Of a DNA stretch of 61,736 nt, positions 1 through 8,556 are shown piece after piece; the stretch's first letter is position 1, and every line of letters starts with the position of its first letter. The notes below the pieces were generated by a model that worked only from the letters and a program-made list of their open reading frames with translations, was not told the DNA's origin and ran no database searches. Location: IMG/VR virus record IMGVR_UViG_2974716774_000001, positions 1 through 61,736 of that record. One strand, 5' to 3'. The position numbers and the translations under genes are program-made. This stretch comes from Jacunavirus JC01 (Duplodnaviria > Heunggongvirae > Uroviricota > Caudoviricetes > Casjensviridae).

Positions 1-12
1 GGTGCGCAGAGC
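1..12. repeat. Terminal 12-bp direct repeat GGTGCGCAGAGC, left copy (putative cohesive end)
   Basis: Bases 1-12 are identical to bases 61725-61736; a lambda-gpA-like large terminase is encoded at 10651-12723. Confidence 0.6.
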
Positions 13-477
13 CGCGATTCGCGAAAAATTGCCGGTTCCTGTATAGCGCCGCCTTGAAAATCAGCAACTTACGTGGGGCCGCCGGTGGGCTTAGCGTAGC
101 TAACAGGATAATTTTTCAGAAATTCGTCGATAGCCCCGCATTGAAAGTTTTTATTTATCAGCGACTTACAGGCCGCGGTCATCTCGACGGCACAGTGTGT
201 TTCCGGAAACACAGATTTGCCGTATTAAGTGTGTCGGTCAAAAAGCCTTACTGTACAAGGATTTACTATACTCTTAACACACTAACACACAGACACACTT
301 AATGTGTATATAAGGTAAGTAGGTATTGTGTGATGATCGTAATGGCGTTTCACGTTACGTATTATATGTATGTATTAGCGAGTTTTGAGAGTAAGTGTGT
401 CATGGTGAAAGTGCCGAAAAAGTCATGCAGATCATAGGTTTACCCGGCACACCCATTTTTAGCGGAGGGTGTGTCGC

Positions 478-514
478 CCAAAAACCAAAAAACAAAAACG
501 GGGCCGAAGCCCCG
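478..514 (-). terminator. Rho-independent terminator ending the leftward primase operon
   Basis: Hairpin CGGGGC-CGAA-GCCCCG at 499-514; on the minus strand it is followed by a long T-rich run (complement of the A-rich 478-498). Confidence 0.6.
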
Positions 515-548
515 AATTGGATGTGACGCGCGGATCCGCAATGCACTT

Positions 549-3182
549 TTACGCCCACGTATCGGCGACCTCCTTCGCGGCGCAAGACGCGATTTGTTCT
601 TCCAGGTGGAGTTTCATGGCGTCGTAGTCGATGGTGTCTTTGTCCTTCATCCACTTTTCAGGGTGGCGCATCCATACTGATCCACGAACCCCGTTGACGC
701 GCAGCTGAATACGCTTAACCGGCCCTTTCGAGTACCCCAGCGCTGACAGTCGTGATGCCACTCTGCTGTCACTAGGACGTATGTCACGGGGCACGCTGCG
801 CAGTAACAGTCCTGTGTGTATTAGCTCGTCCGTGACGCCCGCCACATCGTCAGACGCAATGGCGTCTTCCACGAAGTTCGTGAAGTCGTCCTGGGCGTTA
901 TCGATCATGTCGCTGGTGGCTTCAGTGAGCGGAGCAATACCGGAAGAGTGGTCGAAGTCCTCGCTGTATTCCCAGTCACGGAACCACAGCCGCAGCTCGC
1001 CAGCGCACGCCTTGAATGCCTTCTCGAAGTCTTTGAAGAAGCCGGGCTTGTCCTTCAGGAAAGCCATCGCGTCTTCCTTACTGCGAAAGCGAGACCGGAC
1101 TATCAGGAAACGACGGTCGCCATTGCTAATCGGCAGCGCGGCGATGTCGTTGGTGTACATCATCCAGCTGGCCGTGTTCACTTCGTCCTGACCTTCGCGG
1201 TTCTTCCTCTCGATGAAAAGCTGCTCGTTAGTGATAGGCTCCTTCAGGGAGTTAATGACGTCATAGCGGTGGCCCGCAACGCTGATTTCCTCGATGACCT
1301 TCAGCATCGACCCGGCCTGCCATCCCGTGAATGGCCGGTGGATAACCTGGTTGTTGACGGTGCCGACGTTTTCGCGGCCCAGCAGGTACGACATGAATTT
1401 CTTGATAATCGTCTTGCCGGAACCCTGGCCGCCGAGAATGACCAGCGAGTACGTCATGCGTTTGTTCGGGTTATTGATAACCCATGCCAGCCAGTCCATC
1501 GCGTGCCGGTACTCTTCCGGGTCGACGAACTGCGTGCGGAAAAAGTCCTGCACAATCTCAACGGCTTTAAGGCCTTTCTTAGAGATTTTCTCCGGCACTC
1601 CCGGCATCGTTTTCGGGTCAAACGTGTTCAGCCAGAGTTTTCCCTGCCACCGGAAAAAGTCTTCGCTTGGCACGCCGACCTCAGGCTTCCATGACGAACC
1701 TGGCATCCGGCCGTGCATGTCCGGGTAGTACATCATGCCGTGGATAATCGGCACCGGCCGCAAAGCGGTGGCGAATTGCTCAGGACTGCAGCCCATAAAT
1801 GCGGTATGCTGCGCCAGCGAGTTATTGAACGCGTGCGGCACCAGCGCAACTTTCGTCTCGCGGTTGATGAAGAGGTTATCTTTCTCGGCGTACACCCACG
1901 GCTCTATCCAGGCTGGCGCATCAAACTGCTTGTGGTCGACAGACAGTGCGTTGCGTTTGGTGGAAGCAGGGATTTTCTTGCCGGTAATACGTTTGTAGTT
2001 ATCACAGGCCAGCTCTACTGCGTGATCGCGAATGGTTCCCCAGACCGGTGTTTCGCGAAGTCGCTCAGCTGCGCGATCCCATTCGTACAGGTCTTCTGCC
2101 TGTTCGAACATCGGGATAACCCGCAGTAAGATGTCCTTTTCCATACGGGCATCCTCCACTTTCTTCACCAGACTTCTGACGGTGAAGGTGGCACCGCCGG
2201 TGCGGCGGAAATTCCCGTTATCCCATTTGTCGTTAAACGCGGCCTCGTCGTAGTTCGACGCGCGCGCTGACCACTCCTGCGCCAGCTCGCGAAACTCATC
2301 CTGCTCGCGCTCAGCGTCTTTGATGGCTGCGATGACCGGGAACCAGGCAGAATAGTCTTCCGCTGGTGGCAGGTCTTCCAGCAGGGCAGCAAACTCGGCG
2401 TACGTGCCGTCCCATTTATCTTTCGCGTCGTCTGCGTCTACCCAGTCGTCCTCGTCCACTTCGCCCAGGGCATCGGAGCGGTCTTCCGGCGCGCCGCCGA
2501 CGATTTTCCCGCGCTGCGGTGGCTCGTACAGCTTGTCGCCAGGCTGGATTTTTTCCCATCCCTGCTCCATCGCATAGCGGTCAAACTCATCCACGATGCG
2601 GCGCGCGTCGGCAAGGCTCAGCACTTCGAGATCCATGTCAGCGTGCATCGTCAGCGGCGTGTCTTTGCTGACCCACTGATACGGCTTCTGGGTGCCCGGG
2701 TGGATACCGAAGGCGACGAACTGCTGGCCAGCACCGAGGATTTCCACGGCGTTCTTCTCGCCGAAGTCATCGACCCAGCTGTGCGACTTCACTTTCGTGA
2801 ACGGTTCGTCAGCGCAGTAGACGAGCAGCGTTTTTGGCGCCCGGCCCACGCGAGCGGGTGCAAACCCCACGTTGGCTTCGATGAAATCGCGCATATGCTT
2901 CGCCGCGTCGACGTCCATGCAGTCAATATCGACCGCTGGCGTGAACCAGGTGCGGATGCCGATGCCGTAGCGGAAATATTTCTTCTGCCATTCCTCCAGC
3001 GCGTCTTCGTTAACTGCAACCGACTCCCAGTTTTTCATGAGCGGCGCTTTACCGGCCGCCTTGAAAGGCACCAGCTCACCGGTCTTTTTGTCGCGGATCT
3101 TCGCGTCAAGAGGGGAGATTGGAATAAAGGCATAGCCGTTTTCTAGCAACGTCCTGCCGTATTGCTGGAGATATCTTTTCAT
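549..3182 (-). CDS. DNA primase/helicase (P-loop NTPase, D5-like)
   Basis: 877-aa ORF; Walker A-like LVILGGQGSGKT; long N-terminal region preceding the NTPase domain; sits beside the polymerase module. Confidence 0.65.
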   Translation of the reverse strand: MKRYLQQYGRTLLENGYAFIPISPLDAKIRDKKTGELVPFKAAGKAPLMKNWESVAVNEDALEEWQKKYFRYGIGIRTWFTPAVDIDCMDVDAAKHMRDFIEANVGFAPARVGRAPKTLLVYCADEPFTKVKSHSWVDDFGEKNAVEILGAGQQFVAFGIHPGTQKPYQWVSKDTPLTMHADMDLEVLSLADARRIVDEFDRYAMEQGWEKIQPGDKLYEPPQRGKIVGGAPEDRSDALGEVDEDDWVDADDAKDKWDGTYAEFAALLEDLPPAEDYSAWFPVIAAIKDAEREQDEFRELAQEWSARASNYDEAAFNDKWDNGNFRRTGGATFTVRSLVKKVEDARMEKDILLRVIPMFEQAEDLYEWDRAAERLRETPVWGTIRDHAVELACDNYKRITGKKIPASTKRNALSVDHKQFDAPAWIEPWVYAEKDNLFINRETKVALVPHAFNNSLAQHTAFMGCSPEQFATALRPVPIIHGMMYYPDMHGRMPGSSWKPEVGVPSEDFFRWQGKLWLNTFDPKTMPGVPEKISKKGLKAVEIVQDFFRTQFVDPEEYRHAMDWLAWVINNPNKRMTYSLVILGGQGSGKTIIKKFMSYLLGRENVGTVNNQVIHRPFTGWQAGSMLKVIEEISVAGHRYDVINSLKEPITNEQLFIERKNREGQDEVNTASWMMYTNDIAALPISNGDRRFLIVRSRFRSKEDAMAFLKDKPGFFKDFEKAFKACAGELRLWFRDWEYSEDFDHSSGIAPLTEATSDMIDNAQDDFTNFVEDAIASDDVAGVTDELIHTGLLLRSVPRDIRPSDSRVASRLSALGYSKGPVKRIQLRVNGVRGSVWMRHPEKWMKDKDTIDYDAMKLHLEEQIASCAAKEVADTWA

Positions 3183-3460
3183 TCAAGCACCTCGCCTTCA
3201 GCATCAAACCGCATGGCTTCCGGCGCCATTAACCAGGTCGCCTTCACTCCCGAACCGCTGGCCGCCGAGGCGAGCGCGGTGGCAACACGGTATGACATGC
3301 GTCCGGCTTCCTGTGCTTTCAGTGCTGTGTGGTAATTCACATCGGCGAGGCGGGATAGTTGCTGCATTGACCCGTCCCGGTGGGCGTAGGCAGACATAAT
3401 CATGCACAGGTACTTCAGTCGCATGTATTTGTCTTTGCGTGCCCAGTCTGGAAAGCGCAT
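3179..3460 (-). CDS. Hypothetical protein, first gene of leftward operon (possible HTH)
   Basis: 93-aa ORF overlapping primase start by 4 nt; segment SMQQLSRLADVNYHTALKAQ looks helix-turn-helix-like. Confidence 0.45.
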   Translation of the reverse strand: MRFPDWARKDKYMRLKYLCMIMSAYAHRDGSMQQLSRLADVNYHTALKAQEAGRMSYRVATALASAASGSGVKATWLMAPEAMRFDAEGEVLE

Positions 3461-3511
3461 AGTGTGTTCCTCAAAAATAAAACCCCACGCACAGGCGCGC
3501 GAGATTTGCAG

Positions 3512-3541
3512 ATACTAGGCCGCCTGACCGGCTCCCGTCAA
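3512..3541 (-). promoter_or_regulatory. Putative sigma70-type promoter for the leftward primase operon
   Basis: On the minus strand TTGACG, 18-nt spacer, TAGTAT, about 45 nt upstream of the 3460 start. Confidence 0.3.
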
Positions 3542-3627
3542 CGCAAATCTTATGGTACCGCCGTAATAAATTTGCATCCGGAAAGTAAGTTTTGATTTCT
3601 GTCACGTAAAAAATTTTAAAATACCGC

Positions 3628-3656
3628 TTGACGCTGGCCCGCCCCACGAATTACAT
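3628..3656 (+). promoter_or_regulatory. Putative sigma70-type promoter for the rightward replication operon
   Basis: TTGACG (3628-3633), 17-nt spacer, TTACAT (3651-3656), upstream of the 3704 start. Confidence 0.35.
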
Positions 3657-3703
3657 TTAGCTCGTCAAAACGACAAACCTACTAACCAATAACGGAGTGA
3701 GAT

Positions 3704-4081
3704 ATGTCTGGTTCTATTGAGCTGTTGATTGAAGCCCTGAATAACTGCACCGCTGCCCTGCAGGCCCACACCGCTGCAAACGGCAACGCCGCTGGCGCCG
3801 CAGCTGATAAATCTGCTTCTGGTGCTAAGAAAAACAACGCCAAACCGGCTAAACCGGAAACCCCGAAAGCAACGAAAACCAAGCAGGAAACCACTGAAGC
3901 GATCGTTGCGCTGAAAGACACCGTTGGCAAAGACGCTGCGGTCGCTCTTCTGAAGAAACACGGCTTTGCTAAGCTCGCGGACATCGCCGAAGATAAATTC
4001 GACGTGCTGTTCGAAGAAGCTACCGCACAGCTGGAAGCGCATAATGCCGCAGGCGACACTCCTGCTGACGACGACTTCTGA
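3704..4081 (+). CDS. Hypothetical Ala/Lys-rich protein with acidic C-terminal tail
   Basis: 125-aa ORF with RBS GGAG upstream; ends ...TPADDDF, reminiscent of SSB-type acidic tails. Confidence 0.55.
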   Translation: MSGSIELLIEALNNCTAALQAHTAANGNAAGAAADKSASGAKKNNAKPAKPETPKATKTKQETTEAIVALKDTVGKDAAVALLKKHGFAKLADIAEDKFDVLFEEATAQLEAHNAAGDTPADDDF

Positions 4082-4089
4082 TTGACCAG

Positions 4090-4110
4090 GCCCGGGCGAC
4101 CGGGCTTTTT
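4090..4110 (+). terminator. Intrinsic terminator/attenuator
   Basis: Hairpin GCCCGG-GCGA-CCGGGC followed by TTTTT, immediately before the RBS of the next gene. Confidence 0.5.
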
Positions 4111-4120
4111 GGAGTAAACA

Positions 4121-5461
4121 ATGCCCGCCAGATCCTTTCTTCTCCGCCTCATGGATGAATTTGGAAACGGCGGGCATTCTATTTTTGCGCCGTCCGGTTC
4201 GGCGATGTGGCTTTACTGTAGCGGAAGCCTTATCGCGAACCTGCTGGAAGATGACGACGGCTCGTACGAGGCTGCCGAAGGAACGGTGGCGCACGAGCTG
4301 GGAGAGCAGTGGCTGAAGTCTGGCGTTAAGCCCGACCATCGGCTCGGTGAGGTCGTCAGCGTCACGGAAGGCGAAGGCAAGCCGGTTTATGAAGTGCCTA
4401 TCGACGAAGTGATGCTGGACTTCGTTGAAGAGTACGTGCTGTGGTGTGAATGGCTCGAAGGCGACCACTTCGTCGAGCAGCGAGTCTATTTTACCGAGCT
4501 GATGCCGTACGCCAATCAGGATGAGATTGAGGAAGACCCGCTGGCGGTGCCGGTGGATTTCGTACCTCAGGGCGGTACCGCCGACCACGTTTGCTGCATG
4601 ATGGGTCTGATGATTATCACGGACTTCAAATACGGCAAGGGGATCTGGGTCGACGCGGTGGGCAACACCCAGGCGATGCTGTATGCGCTGGGATTCTTTT
4701 ACAAATGGGACTGGAAATACCATTTCGAAAAGATAGTTATCCGCATCGCTCAGCCGCGCCTGCATAACTGGGGCGAGTGGGAAATAACGCGCGACGAGCT
4801 ACTGGATTTTGCCGAGTTCGTCCGCGAGCGCGCTGCGAAGGCGTGGCAGATTAACGCGCCGCGCCGGGTGAGTGCCAAAGGCTGTCAGTGGTGCAAAGCG
4901 AAAGACAGTTGCGTCGCGAACGCCGTGGCGCTGGAAAACCTCGTCTACCGCGATTTTGATTTGCTCGCGGAAGAACTGACGGAGCACCATATGTCGATGA
5001 TGAAAGAGAAGCTGCGCGAAGAGTACAAGATGCACCTCGCCAAAGTGGCCGTGCTGGACGAGGCGGACATGGTGCGCATTCTGGAATTTCGTCGGCCCGT
5101 TGAGCAGTGGTTTAAAGCCATCAACGCAAAACTGGAGGCCGCGGCTAACGCTGGCCACACCATTCCCGGCAAGAAGCTGGTGGATGGAAAATCAAATCGC
5201 GTTTTCCGTAACCAGAAAGCGGCGATTGATCATCTGCTGTTCCTCGGCCTTGAGATGGAGGATATCGTCACCGAAGAGGTTATCTCTCCGGCTCAGGCAG
5301 AGGAAAAGTTAAGGAAGGTGGCAAAGCTGGACAGGAAGAGCATCGACGTTGCGCTTCGCAACTACGTGTTCAAGCCTCCCGGAAAACCCACACTTGTCAA
5401 TGACGACGACCCAAGAGTCGCCCTGGGAGACCACGACGAAGGTGCCTGGGACGATGAGTAA
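4121..5461 (+). CDS. DUF2800-like PD-(D/E)XK nuclease (Cas4/RecB-like fold with C-terminal Cys cluster)
   Basis: 446-aa ORF; N-terminal HSIFAPSGSAMWLYCSGS pattern and C-terminal CQWCKAKDSC cluster; typical partner of DUF2815 and PolA in phage replication modules. Confidence 0.6.
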   Translation: MPARSFLLRLMDEFGNGGHSIFAPSGSAMWLYCSGSLIANLLEDDDGSYEAAEGTVAHELGEQWLKSGVKPDHRLGEVVSVTEGEGKPVYEVPIDEVMLDFVEEYVLWCEWLEGDHFVEQRVYFTELMPYANQDEIEEDPLAVPVDFVPQGGTADHVCCMMGLMIITDFKYGKGIWVDAVGNTQAMLYALGFFYKWDWKYHFEKIVIRIAQPRLHNWGEWEITRDELLDFAEFVRERAAKAWQINAPRRVSAKGCQWCKAKDSCVANAVALENLVYRDFDLLAEELTEHHMSMMKEKLREEYKMHLAKVAVLDEADMVRILEFRRPVEQWFKAINAKLEAAANAGHTIPGKKLVDGKSNRVFRNQKAAIDHLLFLGLEMEDIVTEEVISPAQAEEKLRKVAKLDRKSIDVALRNYVFKPPGKPTLVNDDDPRVALGDHDEGAWDDE

Positions 5462-5503
5462 CTCCGTAACTCCGTAACTCCGTAACTCCGTAACTCCGTA
5501 ACC
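5459..5503. repeat. Octanucleotide microsatellite (TAACTCCG) x5 plus partial unit
   Basis: Five perfect tandem copies of TAACTCCG at 5459-5498 plus TAACC; first unit contains the stop codon of the upstream gene. Confidence 0.9.
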
Positions 5504-5510
5504 CGAAAGG

Positions 5511-6155
5511 ATGGCCAAAATGGCTGAGAAACAAAAACTGGTAGTGGCTAAGCGTATGCAGGGCGGTGTCGTTTACACGAACGGCATGATTCGTCTGGAT
5601 GAAGTTATTCTGAGCTATCCGCACCTCGATGAGATGTGGGCAGGCGAAACCGGCGATAAACCGGCGTACAGTGCTGAGTTCCTTGCGCCGAAAGAGACGC
5701 ATCGGGAAATCATCAAAGAGGCGCTCGATATCTGCCGCAAGCTGGCGTCAGAAAAGAAACTTAACATCGCTGGCGACAAGATGTTCGTGAAAGACGGCGA
5801 TAAGTGGTTCGAGCACAAGCCGGAGTGCGCAGGCCGCTTTAAGTTTACTGCCCGCGAACAGACGCACCCTACCGTTCGTCGTGCGGACGGCAGTAAGATG
5901 CACCCTAAGGATGACAAGGCAGAAATCAAAGAGATGTTCTACGGCGGCTGCATTGTATCCGCTCTTATCAACCCCTGGGTGCAGAACAACTCCTACGGCA
6001 AACGTATCAACGCCAACCTGAAAGCTGTGCGCTTCGTGCGTGACGGTGAGCCGTTTGGTGAAGGTCGTGTCGACGACGATGAGGCATGGGATGATGACGT
6101 AGGCGGCGGTGACGACTGGGATTCCGGCGACGCTGGCAGCGATGATGATTTTTAA
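5511..6155 (+). CDS. DUF2815-like single-stranded DNA-binding protein
   Basis: 214-aa ORF with RBS AAAGGA; acidic C-terminus ...DWDSGDAGSDDDF; conserved position between DUF2800 nuclease and PolA. Confidence 0.55.
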   Translation: MAKMAEKQKLVVAKRMQGGVVYTNGMIRLDEVILSYPHLDEMWAGETGDKPAYSAEFLAPKETHREIIKEALDICRKLASEKKLNIAGDKMFVKDGDKWFEHKPECAGRFKFTAREQTHPTVRRADGSKMHPKDDKAEIKEMFYGGCIVSALINPWVQNNSYGKRINANLKAVRFVRDGEPFGEGRVDDDEAWDDDVGGGDDWDSGDAGSDDDF

Positions 6156-6175
6156 AACCGCTACCGCTTAATGCA

Positions 6176-6199
6176 AGCCTGCCTTCGGGCGGGCTTTTT
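6176..6199 (+). terminator. Intrinsic terminator/attenuator upstream of the polymerase gene
   Basis: 8-bp stem AGCCTGCC / GGCGGGCT (one G-U pair), loop TTCG, followed by TTTTT. Confidence 0.45.
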
Positions 6200-6214
6200 C
6201 ATCTGGAGTTAAAA

Positions 6215-8269
6215 ATGCCTGACCACATTCGCCTTGACTATGAATCCCGTAGCCGAACCGACCTGCCCACTGCAGGCCTGGCCCGGTATGTGCGAGACCC
6301 GACCACGCAGGTGCTGATGGCTTCCTGGGAAGAGAACGATTCAGGGAAAATCGACTTCTGGGATATCCGCCAGGGCCGACGGCCGCCAAAACCGCTGATT
6401 GATGCTATCCGCGATCCGAAAGTTATCAAATGGGCCTTCAACGCGCAGTTTGAGCGCAACATGACCGAGCATGTCCTCGGCATAAAAACCCCGTATTCTT
6501 CCTGGCGCTGTACGATGGTGCTGGCGTACATGCTGGGCTTCTCTGGCGACCTCGCAATGATTGGCAGACTGGTAGGCCTGCCCGAAGAGATGCTGAAGAG
6601 CAAAGAGGGTTCGAAGCTCATCTCGCGTTTCTCAAAGCCGCGTAAACCAACAAAGGCCGACCCACGCGAATGGCACGACTGGACGACGCACCCGGAAGAG
6701 TTTGACAGTTTTGGCGGCTATAACCGACAGGACGTGCGCGCGGAGTCCGCTATCGGCCGTCGGCTCGGCAATACGGAGAAATACCCCATTCTGGAAAGCG
6801 AGTGGGATCTCTATGCGCTAGACCAGTACATCAACGACACCGGAGTCACCGTCAACGCCGAATTTGCGCGCATGGCACTTGAGGTGGCCGAGCGCAGGAA
6901 GCCGATCCTTTTTGAAGAGATGCGCGACATTACCGGCCTCAGTAACCCCAACTCCGTGTCTCAGCTGCTGCCCTGGCTGGGAGAACGCGGCTACCACTTC
7001 AGCGACATGCAGTCGGAAACAGTAAAGCAGGCGCTGCGCGAAGCCGATGAGCTGGGTCTTCCGGAAGAAGTTCGTCGCGTGCTGAAGCTGCGCCAGAACG
7101 TCAGCAAGTCGTCGCTCGGCAAATACAACACGATGCTGAGCACCATGACCGAGGAAGATAACAAATACCGCTACTCGCTGCAGATGTGGGGCGCCAGCCG
7201 CACCGGCCGCTGGGCAGGACGCGGCGTTCAGCTGCACAATTTGCCCCGCACGCCAAAAATGCTGGAAGACGAGTACATGCAGGACGTCGCCATTGAGATG
7301 GTGAAAAAAGGCGACATGGAAGGACTGGAGCTGCTGGTCGGCGAGCCGATGGACGCGCTGGTCGGTCTGATCCGCTCTGCCTTCATCCCCACCCCAGGCT
7401 ACCGTTTTGTGGTATCAGACCTGGCATCCATCGAATCGGTCGTTATCGGCTGGCTGACTGACTGCAAATGGTTCATGGACACGCTGCACGCCGGGCGAGA
7501 CCTGTACCGGGCGTTCGCCGCAGAGTGGCTGAAGATACCGTACGAAGAGACAAAACCGCACCGCAGCAAAGCCAAACCGGCAACCCTCGGCGCGGGCTAT
7601 GGTCTCGGCGGCGGCAAATTCGACCCGATTAAGAAAAAGAAAAACGGCCTGTGGGCATACGGCGAAGGTATGGGCGTATTCATGACCCAGCAGGAAGCGC
7701 ACGCGTCCGTGAATGCGTTCCGCGAGCTTTGCCCTGAAATCGTTTCGTACTGGCGCCAGCTGGAAGATGCAGCCAAGACGTGCATCAAAGAGCGCCGGTC
7801 GGTCAAGTGCGGCAAGGTTACTTTCGAGTTTCGTAAGCCGTTCATGGCCATCGTTCTTCCGTCCGGGCGCCGCCTGTATTACTTCAAGCCTTTCCTGAAA
7901 AAGAAAACCGTCGAGTACACGGACAAACACACCGGCGAGATCAAGACGTTCGAAAGCCAGGAGATTCTCTACTACGGGAAAGACGGCCCGAAATGGGGTC
8001 TCCAGCACACCTACGGCGGCAAGCTGGTGGAAAACATCGTACAGGCTATCGCGCGTGACGTGCTGGCCGGTGGGCTGAAACGCGCGCACGAAGACGGCTT
8101 CGGCATACCGTTCCACGTCCACGATGAAATCATCACGGAAGTGCCGGTCGACGACGAAGAGCGAAATCTCGATCGTCTGCGCCAGCACATGACGGCGCCG
8201 ATACCGTGGGCACCAGGTCTACCCCTCGGCGCAGCTGGGTGGGAAGGCTTCCACTACAGGAAAGACTGA
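6215..8269 (+). CDS. DNA polymerase, family A (Pol I-like)
   Basis: 684-aa ORF; motif A-like VVSDLASIESVV, motif B-like RSKAKPATLGAGYGLGG, motif C-like HVHDEIITEV; RBS GGAG upstream. Confidence 0.85.
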   Translation: MPDHIRLDYESRSRTDLPTAGLARYVRDPTTQVLMASWEENDSGKIDFWDIRQGRRPPKPLIDAIRDPKVIKWAFNAQFERNMTEHVLGIKTPYSSWRCTMVLAYMLGFSGDLAMIGRLVGLPEEMLKSKEGSKLISRFSKPRKPTKADPREWHDWTTHPEEFDSFGGYNRQDVRAESAIGRRLGNTEKYPILESEWDLYALDQYINDTGVTVNAEFARMALEVAERRKPILFEEMRDITGLSNPNSVSQLLPWLGERGYHFSDMQSETVKQALREADELGLPEEVRRVLKLRQNVSKSSLGKYNTMLSTMTEEDNKYRYSLQMWGASRTGRWAGRGVQLHNLPRTPKMLEDEYMQDVAIEMVKKGDMEGLELLVGEPMDALVGLIRSAFIPTPGYRFVVSDLASIESVVIGWLTDCKWFMDTLHAGRDLYRAFAAEWLKIPYEETKPHRSKAKPATLGAGYGLGGGKFDPIKKKKNGLWAYGEGMGVFMTQQEAHASVNAFRELCPEIVSYWRQLEDAAKTCIKERRSVKCGKVTFEFRKPFMAIVLPSGRRLYYFKPFLKKKTVEYTDKHTGEIKTFESQEILYYGKDGPKWGLQHTYGGKLVENIVQAIARDVLAGGLKRAHEDGFGIPFHVHDEIITEVPVDDEERNLDRLRQHMTAPIPWAPGLPLGAAGWEGFHYRKD

Positions 8270-8556
8270 TGGCCGCCAAAGTCGTCAAAGAGTCGAAAGT
8301 CGAGAAGGAGATCCGGCAGTACGCTCTCGCGACCGGCTGGTGGGTGGCGAAGTTCGTCGCCCCCGGCAAGCGCGGCGTACCGGATCGCCTGTTCATCAAA
8401 AACGGCTGGCACCTTTTCATGGAGATAAAAAGGCCCGGAGAGGTACCAACCGAACAGCAGTTACTTCGCCACCAGGAGATGCGCAAATATGGGGCTATTG
8501 TCGTATGGGTCGACAGCGTTGAAGAAGCTAAAAGCTGGCTTGATTTCATATGCTGA
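8269..8556 (+). CDS. VRR-NUC domain nuclease
   Basis: About 95 aa from the ATG overlapping the PolA stop (ATGA); residues PDRLFI...EIKRPGE fit the VRR-NUC pattern. Confidence 0.55.
   Translation: MAAKVVKESKVEKEIRQYALATGWWVAKFVAPGKRGVPDRLFIKNGWHLFMEIKRPGEVPTEQQLLRHQEMRKYGAIVVWVDSVEEAKSWLDFIC

Noticed and set aside
54-302. 82-aa plus-strand ORF at the left end
   Set aside because: No RBS, lies in AT-rich cos-proximal sequence with odd composition; more likely non-coding
948-1694. 248-aa plus-strand ORF inside the primase/helicase gene
   Set aside because: Antisense to a gene with recognisable motifs; out-of-frame composition
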